Source: Felis catus (lineage: Eukaryota). Taken from it: 64,000 bases of DNA. The translations under genes and the position numbers were made by a program. The number at the start of each line of letters is the position of its first letter. Within the stretch, counting starts at the first letter, position 1. This document shows positions 51,982 through 63,571 of the stretch, in pieces. Under the pieces are notes generated by a model, which had not been told where the DNA came from, did not search any database, and saw only the letters and a program-made list of their open reading frames with translations. The stretch spans positions 211,670,001 to 211,734,000 of the forward strand of contig NC_058368.1 of the NCBI RefSeq assembly GCF_018350175.1, in the 5' to 3' direction.

Positions 51982-52462
51982 TGCCCCAGTCACTACCAGG
52001 TTGTTTCGCCTGGAACATTCGTTAAGGAGGGAACCGAGGTCACAGGGTGAAGTGATGTGACTTCACTTGTTGGAATGACGTTGGCAGTGCCCCAGTCACT
52101 ATCAGGTTGTTTTGTCATTCGTTAAGGAGGGAACCGAGGTCACAAGGTGAAGTGATGTGACTTCACTTGTTGGAATGACGTTGGCAGTGTCCCAGTCACT
52201 ACCAGGTTGTTTCGTCATTCGTTAAGGAGGGAACCGAGGTCACAGGGTGAAGTGATGTGACTTCACTTGTTGGAATGACGTTGGCAGTGCCCCAGTCACT
52301 ACCAGGTTGTTTCGTCATTCGTTAAGGAGGGAACCGAGGTCACAGGGTGAAGTGATGTGACTTCACTTGTTGGAATGACGTTGGCAGTGCCCCAGTCACT
52401 ATCAGGTTGTTTTGTCATTCGTTAAGGAGGGAACCGAGGTCACAGGGTGAAGTGATGTGACT
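51981..52462. repeat. Minisatellite, 100-bp unit, ~4.8 copies
   Basis: GTTAAGGAGGGAACCGAGG recurs at 52021, 52121, 52221, 52321 and 52421. Confidence 0.98.
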
Positions 52463-52769
52463 GAATTCACACAGCTAGCACCCCTGACTCCCAGTCTGTG
52501 GCTCTCCCTTCCTCCTCAGCCCTGCCTTCTGTTGATGACTCTTAGTAAAGAACGTGCTGGATCTAGGAATCCCTCTGAATGTGTTAGACACCAGAGTGCT
52601 ACGCTATATTTCAAAAGCTCGCCTTTCCCCAGAGCATGAGGCCCGCAGTGGGGATGTGGGGCATTTGGCTGGTTGTGAAGAAGAGGCACTGATTCACACA
52701 TCTCTGCTACCTGGCTGGCTGTTTGCTTCAGCCACAGGGAAGGCTGGCTTTCCCTTCTGGAGTCCCTAC

Positions 52770-52957
52770 CATCCACTCTCCCACCATCCAGAGACAAGAG
52801 AGTCCTTGTGGGAAGCCAAGCTGTGGCCCAATCTTGACCTCACACTGGGCTGCCCTTTCTTGTTTCCCAATCCTTCCTTGCCCCAGCCAGTTCCACTGGG
52901 GCCAAACAATGCTCCAGTCTACAGGTAGGTGAGCTCATTGCCTGATACAGGTGCTTC
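52770..52957. repeat. Inverted repeat, right arm (188 bp)
   Basis: Reverse complement of 51794-51981 with 2 mismatches. Confidence 0.97.
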
Positions 52958-53224
52958 CTGTGTACAATGGCCAGGCCAAATGAAGGATGTGTGGCCCTAA
53001 CAGTCACCCTTAGAGCTCTTTACAGTTTATAATGTCTCAAGAGAAGGCTGATGGAAGACCAATAGCCACTTTGTGCTTCCCTGGAACCCTGCCAGCCACC
53101 CTGATGCTATTGAGATGGTCCCTTCTTGTTTATTGCCTGCCACTTTTTTCTTGCAGCAGCCCCTTCCCTGAAAAGCTCAGTACGTATTTGTAAAACCTAA
53201 ATCACCATTAAGAAGCCGTATTTA

Positions 53225-53433
53225 GGGGTGCCTGGGTAGCTCAGTTAAGGGTCTGACTCTTGATTTCAGCTCAGGCCATTATCTCCCCATTTCTGAGTTC
53301 AAGCCCCGAGTTAGGCTCTGTCCTGACAGTGTGGAGCCTGCTTGGGATTTTTTCTCTCTCCCTCTCTCTCTCTCTCTCTGCCTCTCTCTCTCTCTCTCTC
53401 TCTGTCAAGATAAATAAATAAACATTAAATAAA
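53225..53433 (+). mobile_element. Can-SINE
   Basis: Head, long (CT)n, A tail; degenerate TSD AAGAAGC.G..TTT. Confidence 0.93.
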
Positions 53434-53499
53434 AAGAAGCTGAGTTTGATAAAGAAAAACCAACCAACCACACTGGAGGGGAAGAGCAAAAGTTCCCAT

Positions 53500-53697
53500 T
53501 AGGATTACCAGATATCACAAATAAAAATACAGGAGGCCCAGTTACATTTAAGTTTTAGACGAACATTGAATACATTTTTAGTATAAGTATGTCCTGTGCA
53601 ATATTTGGGACATACTCAAACTAAAAATTATTTGGTGTTCATCTGTATCTGAAATTCACACTTGAAGGGGTGTCCTGTATTTTATCTGACAACACTG
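53500..53697 (+). mobile_element. MER53 palindromic hAT MITE
   Basis: TAGGATTACCAGAT...AATAAAAATACAGGA...TAGTATAAGTATGTCC...AATATTTGGGACATACT...GTCCTGTATTTTATCTGACAAC matches the recalled MER53 consensus. Confidence 0.9.
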
Positions 53698-54390
53698 GAT
53701 CTTGTGAAATTCTGCAGGTGGCATATTTTATGAAACGCACCTTGAGTTTTGGCTGTTGGAATGACATTTGGGACTCTTCCAGTCCTGACATTAACAGATC
53801 TGACACTGGTACTGTGCACAAGCACCAGACCAGGGGAGTTCCACAGGAAGGCTCGTGCATGTTCCCTGCAACTGGGACTTTCCTACTGAAGGAAGCGCAC
53901 AGCCAGTTCATGGAAAATGCGAATGTAGTTGAAGTCAGCACGCTTTTACCTTGGCAGTCTAATTGCAAAGAGCTTTCAGAGAACCTTCTCACTTGACTCC
54001 TCAACATCCTCGAATAGGGTCAGGCACGTGTTATCACCTCTGCTTCAGATGAGAAAACACTCAGTTGCTATCGGCCACATCGGTGCCTGGTAAGCAAAGA
54101 CTTAAGAGTCCCCCTGGTCGTCAGCTCTAGGGCCAATTGTACATTTCCTTTTTTTTTTATTGGAAAATATTGCTTCATTATTACAGTCAAATATATTTTT
54201 CCAAAAACCATTGCAGTATTTTTTCTATTTATAAGTGTAACATTTGAGTATTGCAGCAAACTTGGAAACACAGATAAGAAAAAAAGAAAATCAACAAAGA
54301 AAGCAATTCCACGGTTGCCTGATAGCTATTACTGACATGTAGGTGTATGGGCTTCCATTCCGTGTCCTCTTTATACGTATTCATATATTG

Positions 54391-54750
54391 TGTCTTGGTC
54401 AGCTGGGGCCACTAAAACAAATATCATAGACCATGTGGCTGAAACAACAGACATTTATTTCTCAGGATTCTGGAGACCAAGAAGTCAAGATCGAGGTGTT
54501 GGCAAACTCAGTTCTTGAGGAAGGCCCTCTTCTTGGCTTGCAAATGTCCACCTTCTCCCCGTGTCCTCACATAGTAGAAAGAGGAAGCTCTGGTGTCTCT
54601 TTTTAAAAGGGGACTAATCCCATCTTCACCTTCGTGACCTCATCTAAACCTATTTATCTCCCAAAGGCCCTACCTCTAAATGCCATGGTATTAGGGGCTA
54701 GGGCATCCACATATGATCTTGAGGGGTACACACTCATTCAGCCCATAACA
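54391..54750 (-). mobile_element. MLT1A-like solo LTR
   Basis: TGTCTTGGTCAGCTGGGG...ATTCAGCCCATAACA; flanks TATTG/TATTC (near 5-bp TSD). Confidence 0.87.
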
Positions 54751-55011
54751 TATTCCTAGTTTTAAATAAAAAGGCCATGTCACTTTATTCACATGTATGC
54801 ATATGTGAATGAGTGAGGCAAATATAGATGTGTAAATAGTAACATACATGAAGCTAATCATACGTGTATATGCATAAACATATCTATGTATAATATGAAC
54901 TTGGATGATTTTGAAATTAGATAATTCACTTTTGGCATTAACCAGGACTTGAGACTAAGCACAGAAAGAGGGTGGAAAGTACCAAATAAACTCCAGATAG
55001 AGAATACAGTA

Positions 55012-55229
55012 GGGCACCTGGGTGGCTCAGTCAGTTAAGCACCTGACTCTTGGTTTTGGCTCAGGTCATGATCTCCCTGGTTTTGTGAATTTGAGCCCCA
55101 TGTTGGGTCCGTGCTGACAGTGCAGAGCCTGCTTGGGATTCTCTGTCTCCCTCTCTCTGCCCCTTCCGCATTTGCGCTGGCTCTGTCTCTCTCCAAATAA
55201 ATAAATAAACTTTAAAAAATTATTAAAAA
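55012..55229 (+). mobile_element. Can-SINE
   Basis: Head, (CT)n, AATAAA tail. Confidence 0.94.
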
Positions 55230-56873
55230 AGAACAGAGTGGGCAGTAAAGGACATAGGGTGATGTTCTACTACCATGAAGGGTGAAGCTGGCTGTCCTGT
55301 GTAATAAACTGTTGCTGGTCAAGAATGAGGGCTTGGTGGGTGAAGAGACTGTGGTTAAAAAAAATCTATCTCTAATGCTTCCCCACTGATATGGTGGCTG
55401 ACACAAACTACTATTCCCCAAGAATTGGTTTCCCCTTTGGACACAGGCACTGGTAAAATGTAATCCAGAGTTGACGTTATCGTGACTTTAGTGGCACTTA
55501 GGACTCAGCTGTAACACTTAGGACACAGCTGTAACGTGTCTATAATCAATATATTCATGAATAACTCATAAAAATCATAAATAACTCATGCTTATGGACC
55601 CTCCAAGGTTTGGAGGCCTTTCTTCATTTGGAAAGGGCAATACTATAAAACTGGAGACTCTTTATCTTGTATGTCAGCTAAAATGGCTTATTTTTGCAGA
55701 GAGTCATCAGACACAGCTACTTAGGACAGCACAGTCTGATGATGGCCCGGGGCCAGAATCAGAGACACATGTTGAGAGCAATGCTCCTGGGGGTGTGTAG
55801 GTTAGGAGTGACCCATAACCAACTTACAGTTTACTGGTCTTGCCTCAGGGTCACAAAAAAAAAATGGCCATTTATCATGTTCCCGTCATATGACGTACTG
55901 GTTCTCAGAGAAACTTCTTTCTCCCACAAATGAACCTCAACACACCCAGTTCCCCCAAATAAGCACGGCTATTCAGATCTTTGCAACCCACTCTCTAGCA
56001 TTGTGGCAGATCCTGCAGAAAATTACAGGTGAGATCCCGGCAGCTGAAGATGATTCCCCATCTGATTAAAAAAAAAAAAAAAATCCATCTGACCCTCTGG
56101 GGCTCCACTGGATGTCCTTCCTTAGCAAGTAACACTGGCATAAGCCACTCAAGTAATAGATGGCTGTGGCAATCTAGATCAATGCAGGTACCATATTTGG
56201 TTATTTTTAGTTGTATGCATATATGTAAATACAGTATGCATAGTGTTTTTTGCCTTCAGAACAAACCTTTTATGAAGGGATCCTGTTCAAATTCCTTATA
56301 TCTTTTGCAGGGCAAGCTCAGAGTCTTAAATGCATTAAATAGAATGAGAACCTACAAAAGAAGCATCTATCAAAATGTATTAGCGTCTTATACCACTGGG
56401 ATCTAACATGATTTGTTCAATGTTAATCTTGCTTGGAAAGCAAAACGTTGGAAAGCTTTGCTTAAACCTACCAAAGAAGAAATCCAAACCAGTACAAAAC
56501 AAAACCCCAAATGGCCAATTGTTTCAGACCTGAAACCTTCTTCTACTCCCTCTCGTTGTAAGACATGTTGGCCTGGGACACGATTTCTAATTATTTCTAA
56601 GACAGAAGTTCCCAAGGAGGACAAAAGAGGCATACATTCCAAGTGTAAATTTCTAAACCACGGAAGGAAAAAAGCACACCAGTGACTTCAACAGTAACTG
56701 TTTGGGACGATGATTTTGGCCAATAGTAATGAGCACTGACAAACTGCATTGAATAGTAAAATGCATCCAAAGCAGAATTTGGAATTAGAATTCACTCGTG
56801 CCAGGTGGGCTGATGAAGCGCACCGGGAAGGCTGATCACCGTTCTCGGCAATGACTTCATTATTCTGAACGGG

Positions 56874-56891
56874 AGTGCCACCTAGTGGCGA
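56874..56891 (-). promoter_or_regulatory. CTCF core motif
   Basis: Minus strand TCGCCACTAGGTGGCACT fits the CCASYAGRKGGCRS core. Confidence 0.6.
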
Positions 56892-57341
56892 ACCTTGACT
56901 TTACTTAGAGGATGGAGGAATTCTGCAGCTCATCTTGCCCAAAGTTGAAGAAAACAGCGCCATTCTCTGCTAGTGCTGACCTCTATTCCCTTTCCCCTTT
57001 TCTCTTTTATTGTATTCCCCCTTATTTCTGTTTTTAATTAATGCAAAGTCATACATTTACTTCCTCGAATATCAAACATTTCCCTTTACTTCTCCATGCT
57101 ACCAGTCCAAAATAGCCCAAGCGCCTACCTGCAAACCCCCTTCATATACAAGATATTTCTACTCTATCCCTTCCTATTCCATAGCATGGGATGCAAAAGT
57201 TCCTTATGAGAGAAGCCCCTGAAAGACAGCTTGGTAAGGGCCACCGGAGAGCTGAGAACACTAGCACGCCCATTACTTAAAGAATTGCTTAAGTAAACAT
57301 TTATATTACCATGACTTCCAAGGTTCAAGAGCAATAATGCA

Positions 57342-57762
57342 AAGGGAATTATGCTAACTGAAGTCAGACAGAGAAAGACAAAAACTGTATGATTTCACTT
57401 ATATGTGGAATCTAAAAAACAAAACAAACGAACAAACACACAAAACAGAAACAGACTCATAAATACAGAGAACAAACTGGTGGTTCCAGAAGGTCGGGGG
57501 GTGGGGGAGGATGGGAGAAATAGATGACAGTGAATAAGAGGTACAAACTTCCAGTTCTAAAATAAGTAAGTCACAGAGATTAAAAGTACAGAATAGAGGG
57601 ACACCTGGGTGGCTCAGTCAGTTAAGTGGCTGACTCTTGATTTCGGCTCAGGTCATGATCTCATGGTTCATGAGATCAAGCCCCACATTCGGCTCTGTGC
57701 TGACAGCATGGAGCCTGCTTGGGATTCTCTCTCTCCTTCTCTCTCTTCTACTCCCTTGCTAG

Positions 57763-57793
<31 letters not shown>

Positions 57794-57982
57794 AAAATAA
57801 ATAAACACTAAAAAAAAAGTACAGAGTAGAGAATGTAGTCCATACTATTGCAATCACGTGTGGAGACACATGGTAACTATGCTTACTGTGGTGAGTGCTG
57901 CATAAATGTATAGAATTGTCAAATCATCATGTTGTGCACCCGGAACTAATAAACCATTGTATGTCAACTATACTTCATTAAA
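57342..57982 (+). mobile_element. L1 3' end (older carnivore/L1MA-type), interrupted by a SINE
   Basis: AGTCAGACAGAGAAAGACAAA...TCACTTATATGTGGAATCTAAAAAAC...TGTATGTCAACTATACTTCA. Confidence 0.88.
57598..57814 (+). mobile_element. Can-SINE
   Basis: TSD AAAAGTACAGA(A/G)TAGA. Confidence 0.95.
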
Positions 57983-58712
57983 GATTTTTAAATTGTGATA
58001 ATAGCAACTGCAGTGCAAAAATATATGGGAAAAAATCTCAAAAAAGTTTTTTCCTATATTCACTTAAGGATGGATATATGTATATCCTTGTGCTATGAAG
58101 GAAAACAAACCAATGCATAGTTGAGTTGATACAAAACAAATATAAGGATACAAAATGACAAAACAGTGGTGAAAGGAAATGGCATATATCAAAACAAGAA
58201 ATGCTCGTGGTAAAAGATTTTAGAAGATTGCACTAACGTCCACTCTCTCCAGCAAGTTTTATCCCCAGAAGTATGACCTAAGCCAGCTTTCAACCTAACC
58301 TCTAATCCAGCATCTTCCAGGTATCCAGCGGATCCTTGTAAAAGTGCTCAGCCCAGACACCTTAAGATACCAGTCGTGTCTTATAAGGCTTCAGCAACAC
58401 CAGCCATTTAAGGGCCATAATATCATCTCACATGCATTTAGCACTTTACAGTTCCCAAAGAGGTTTAACAAGACACGGGTATCCAATTGTCTTCCTTCAC
58501 TATTTTAGGAGGCAGGGACATGACTGCCTAATTTGTTTCTCTGACCTATTGCTCAACACAAAGTGCCCAGCTTATATAGTTGAACAAACATTCGCCAAGT
58601 TGAATTGACCTAAACCCTGGTAGAAAGAGGAAAGCTGGTAATTTGAGCCACATGAAGCTTTGGTGTCTTCTCTATGAAGGAAGATGTTTACAAAGAGAAG
58701 TGGGGTGGGGGT

Positions 58713-58923
58713 GGGGCGCCTGGGTGGCTCAGTCGGTTAAGCGTCGACTTCAGCTCAGGTCTCGATCTTGTGGTTCATGAGTTCGAGCCCCACCTCAGGC
58801 TCTGTGCTGACAGCTCAGACCCTGGAGGTTGCTTCGGATTCTGTGTCTCCCTCCCTCTCTGCCCCTTCCCTGCTCACACTCTGTCTTTCTGTCTCTAAAA
58901 TAAATAAACATTAAAAAAAAATT
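58713..58923 (+). mobile_element. Can-SINE
   Basis: TSD AGAGAAGTGGGG. Confidence 0.95.
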
Positions 58924-58974
58924 AGAGAAGTGGGGACCACTGGTTCATAAGCCATACTCCTAAAGGAAAAGTCT

Positions 58975-59210
58975 GCAAGAACTGACCTGTGAGTCTGTGG
59001 AGCACAGAATAGTGGGCTCTGGGATGAGGAGTAGCCTTCAGGTGGGGGTGATGACCGCAAGGGTGACAGTTGGAGTCTCCTGGGTTTTGCTCATGTTCTT
59101 TTTCTGTTCCGGGTGCTGGTTATACGGGTGTGTTCAATTGGTGAAAATGTATACAGTCATACACTTCTGTGTATCTTTCCATACATACATTAGGCCTCAA
59201 AAAAAGTGTA
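58975..59210 (+). mobile_element. Ancient L1 (L1MC/L1ME-type) 3' end
   Basis: GGGTGCTGGTTATACGGGTGTGTTCAATTGGTGAAAAT motif. Confidence 0.6.
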
Positions 59211-59309
59211 TGTAATAACAATCCTTTGTAGGCAAATCAGCTTCAAATAATAGAACCTCTGCAGCAAATTGCCTGAAGTGGTGTTTCCTCTTGAACGCTA
59301 ATTAAGTAA

Positions 59310-59530
59310 TTAAGAGTCTGGGCTTCAGACCAAAGAGCTCAGACTGGAATCTTGGTTCTGCCACTCACTAACTGGCAGATCTTGGTCCTGTTACGTAATG
59401 CCTCTAAGGTCCCATTTTCTCATCCATAAGGTGGGCAAATAATGATACGAACATGACTGAGGTGTGGGGAAAACGACTCAAGACGGCGCAGGCACAGGAT
59501 CTGGCGCGTGGTCCGCGTCCCACAAATGAC
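59310..59530 (+). mobile_element. MIR
   Basis: TTAAGAGTCTGGGCTTCAGA...GAATCTTGGTTCTGCCACTCACTAACTG...TTTCTCATCCATAA. Confidence 0.7.
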
Positions 59531-60617
59531 CGCCAGCCTCGTATACAAATCTCAGCTGTCAAACGCACGTGTGCCAGAAATTCAACTTTCTTTCTGCTTC
59601 TATACTTGCCTTTATTGTTAAGTCCTGATTCCTTTGGGGAGCAGAAAATCTCCGTTAGTTCGGATTTTCTACCCTCACCCTCGGATCATATCTACGTTTC
59701 AGATTAGCCTACGCATTTCTCCACCACTGTATCTGCCTACTTCTTCCTACTCCCGTGGGATCTCGGGTGGCCACCCACAGAGATTCTAACCACCCCAGGC
59801 TCCCTGGCATCCCCTCAGGTACTCCTGCCTTCCTCTGGGGAACGTGGCATTACCGCACTGCTCCTGCTCCTTGCTAGGGTGAGGGTGCTATGGGAGGCTG
59901 TTTTCGGCTGTCTTTCTCGACGTGTGCACACTCTCTACTCTCTGGGATACTATGGACCTGCCAGCACTATATCTGAGCCGGTGGTTTGTCTTCCCTTTAA
60001 TCCCGCTCCCTGCCCATCCTGCCTCAGCCAAGGGAAGGGGCAGGACACAGGGAAGCCTGCACTACTTAGTAGAATGACAGTAACAGAGACTCTTGAAAAC
60101 CAGAGAGAAGTTTATTTCTGTCTTATGTAATTGTCTGGTGTGTCTGGGCTAGTGGACAACCAGCTTCATGAGGTCATTTATGGAACGAGTTTGCTTCCAT
60201 TTTATTTTTCCATCATCCCTTCAAGTATTTCTTCTTTTCCACGGTCAAAGTCAGACTGGGGCACATTCATGTTCCAGATCACAGGTAGGAGAAAAGAGAG
60301 TAAGCCCAAGCAAGTCATTCCCTTAAGCAGGTGAGGCAGAAGTTACTCACAACTTTCCACTCACAGTCTTTTGATGAGAACGTACCGTAGGACCACACCA
60401 CTGACTTATCCAAGCATCCCTTCCAACGATATTCAGCACTCTCTGGTAAATACCAGCTTCTTCATCATTCCCGATGGCATTTATTTTCCATTTCAATTAG
60501 TGTCCATAGGGAACTTCCTCCTCACCCACTCCTTAACTGGATTTGAAAGTGGGAGGACAATGGAAACTATGGAAATAGAATCAACAGGACTTGACGACTG
60601 ATTATAGTTGATAACTA

Positions 60618-61440
60618 TTTTAGATTCCAGGTATAAGTGAGATTGTGCAGTATTTGTCTTTCTGTGTCTGGCTTATTTCACTTAGGTTATATCCCCCATA
60701 TTTGTCTATGTTTCAAAATGGCAGGATTTCCTTTTAAAAAAAATTTTTTAATGTTTATTTTATTTTTGAGAGAGAGAGACACACACACACAGGATATGTA
60801 GCAGGCTCCAAGCTCTGAGCTGTCAGCACAGAGCCTGATGTGGGGCTTAAACTCACAAACCATGAGATCCTGACCTGAGCCGAAGGCAGCGCTCAACTGA
60901 CTGAGCCACCCAGGTACCCCAGGATTTCCTTCTTTTTTAAGGCTGAATAACATTCCATTGTATATGTACATTGTATTTTCTTTATCCATTCATTCATCGA
61001 TGGACATTTAGGTTGTTTCCACATTTTGGCTATTATGAAGAATGCTGCAATGAACTAAATTGTCAAACTCATAGAAGCAGAAAGTAGAATGGTGCTTGCC
61101 AGGGGTGGGAAGAAGAGGGAAGTAGGAGATATTGGTCAAAGGGTGCAAAGTTTCAGTTATGAAAAATGAATAAGTTCTGGAGATACTAACATACAGCAGT
61201 GTGACTATAGCTAGCAATACTGTATTGTATACTTTAAATTTGCTAAGAGAATAGCTCTAAAGTGTTTTCATCATACACATACACACAAAAGAAAGACTAT
61301 GACAACTATGTAGACTGATGGATATGTTAATTACATTGATTGTGGTGATTTTTTCCCAACATATATTTATATCAAGACAGCAAGCTGTATACCTTAAATA
61401 TGTATAATCTTTATGTATCAATTTTATAAACCCAGAAAAA
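60618..61440. mobile_element. L1 (L1MA/L1MB-type) with 5' inversion: antisense 60618-61055, sense 61056-61440
   Basis: The antisense part ends (L1 orientation) at CACTTATACCTGGAATCTAAAA; the sense part starts at TAAATTGTCAAACTCATAGAAGCAG, which follows that point in L1 3' ends. Confidence 0.8.
60734..60920 (-). mobile_element. Can-SINE inside the L1
   Basis: TSD AGGATTTCCTT. Confidence 0.94.
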
Positions 61441-62156
61441 CAGTTGGTGAAATAGAAGAATTGAGGCTTTTTTTTAAATGTTAAGGCTAGGGTGATATGA
61501 GCTGATATGGAAAATGCTATAAGAGGAACAGATATAATGAGAATTAAAAAATTATAATGAAAATAATAATAACAAAGCCCACCTTACATATGTACTGAGA
61601 ACTTTGAATGTATTATTTCATTCACTCTTCAAAACAACACTTATTTATTCTTGTTTTCTTAATTTAGAGATGAAGAATCTGGAACACGGTGAGGTAAGGT
61701 AAATCGCCTAAGGTCTTGTTGCTTAAAGCAGCATAGCAGTGGGTAGAACCTGCCACCAGGAATCCAGAGCCCCTGCAGGTAATCGCGGCACCATGCTCTC
61801 TCCCCTGCCAGTATATATGGAGAAGAACCTGGTTTTAGAAGGATGCCTTGTGCCTGGGGAGATTCAATAGCTAGGAGAGATGATGGCTGGGGGTGTCTCG
61901 ATGGTTGGGGGCCAGAATCATCTGGAGGCATCTATCTACTTTCTTGTGTTGATGTTGACTGCTGGTTGGGACCGATGCTGGGCTGTCAACAGGTGCCCCC
62001 CTCAGTTGGGACTCTTCATGTGGGCTGGTCTTGCTCACAGCATGTCAGCTTTAGAGCATGTGGGCATTTTACATGGTAGCTCATGGAGGAAGTGTCTTAC
62101 ACAACTTCTGCCTAACTAGCATGCTGCATGGAAGCTGTATCACTTTTTATGATGGG

Positions 62157-62285
62157 TAAGGTAGTATTAAAATAGGTCCACAGACACTTTAATACTCCTT
62201 CTTTCAAAAAGGAGAGCCTGATTCCCTTCTATTAAGTGTGGAATATAATTAGTGACTAACTTATTTTTTTAATGTTTATTTATTT

Positions 62286-62333
<48 letters not shown>

Positions 62334-62950
62334 TATGTGTGTGTGTGTGCGCAAGCAGGGGGAAGGGCAGAGAGAGAGGAAGACAGAGAATCCCAAGCAG
62401 GCTCTGTGCTGACAAGACTTAATCTCATGAACCATAAGATCATGACCTGAGTTGAAATCAAGAGTCAGACGCTTAACCGACGGAGCCACCCAGGTGCCCT
62501 CTTAGTGACTCATTTCTAATGAATAGAATATTGAAGAAGTGATGGTGTGTGATTTTTAAGAAAGGCATTGTGGTTTCCTCCTTGCTCTCTCCCGAGCCGC
62601 TTGCTCTCTTGCTCTGGAAGAAGCCAGCTACCATGACGCTCAAGCAAGCCTGTGGCGAGACCCACATGGCAAGACACTGAGCCCTCCTGTCAACAGCCAG
62701 CAAGGAAATAAGGCCTCCTGCTGCAGCCATGTGAGGGGGGTGCCTTGAGAGCAGATCCTCAGCTGCACTGAAGCCTTCAGATGACTGAAGCCCTGATGAA
62801 TATCTTGTCAGAAACCTCATCAGAGACCCTGAGATGAACCACCAGTGAAGCCATTCCAAAACTTCTCACCCAGAGAGACTATGGATAATAAATCTTGGTT
62901 ATTTTAAGTCACTCCATTTTGGGGTAATTTGTTGTGACTGACTGGTATAC
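62157..62950 (+). mobile_element. MLT1F-like LTR, interrupted by a SINE
   Basis: TTAGTGACTCATTTCTAATGAATAGAAT...GAAGCCAGCTACCATG...AAGCCTTCAGATGACTG...TTTTGGGGTAATTTGTT. Confidence 0.75.
62263..62499 (-). mobile_element. Can-SINE with long (GA)n
   Basis: TSD TTAGTGACT(A/C)A(C/T)TT. Confidence 0.94.
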
Positions 62951-63324
62951 CTAGCCTCAGAAGTCATGCAGCATTATATGCAACATATCTGGTTAAGAGT
63001 CAGTTGTGAAAACGAATCCAGGTTCAAGGAGAGGGAGACTAACCTAGCCACTCAATGGAAAGAGGGTCAAAATATTTGCAGACATAGTTTAAACTGCCGC
63101 AAGAATATTTATCTTAGTGTACTTAGAAAATAATATTGGGGAGATGGTTACCAAATGTCTAGAAATCCAAGTCCCTTACAGCACATGTAGCATTTGTAAT
63201 TAAATAATCATTAGCATAATGCTGGTTAAATTTCTGTTATTCCACTGGACTGTGGATTTGCATCTGGTTTGTTAATACTTGCATCCCCAGAGCCTTGCAT
63301 AGTGCTTAACAGATACTACACGCC

Positions 63325-63504
63325 GGGGCACCTGGGTGGCTCAGTTGGTTAAATGTCTGGCTCTTGATTTCAGTTCAGGTCATGACCTCACATTCCTGAG
63401 ACTGAGCCCTGCATCAGGTTTGCACTGGGCATGGAGACTGCCTAAGATTCTTTCTCTCCCTCACTCTCTGCCCATCCCCACCATACATGCATGAGATCTC
63501 TCTC

Positions 63505-63571
<67 letters not shown>

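Larger units (their letters stand above)
61880..63101 (-). mobile_element. Old MLT1 (MLT1H-like) LTR split by an MLT1F-like LTR
   Basis: GGAAGCTGTATCACTTTTTATGA | CTAGCCTCAGAAGTCA...CAGGTTCAAGGAGAGGG...TGCAGACATAGTTTAAACTGCCGCA. Confidence 0.65.

Noticed and set aside
51981..52462. CRISPR-like array
   Set aside because: Units are contiguous near-identical 100-mers with no unique spacers, there are no cas genes, and the context is mammalian; it is a minisatellite.
51784..52932. Duplicated peptide HPLSHHPETRESLWEAKLWPNLDLTLG on opposite strands
   Set aside because: A by-product of the 188-bp inverted repeat; no coding evidence.
54780..54817. Imperfect hairpin ATTCACATGTATGCATATGTGAAT
   Set aside because: Lies in alternating purine-pyrimidine low-complexity sequence, where self-complementarity is expected.
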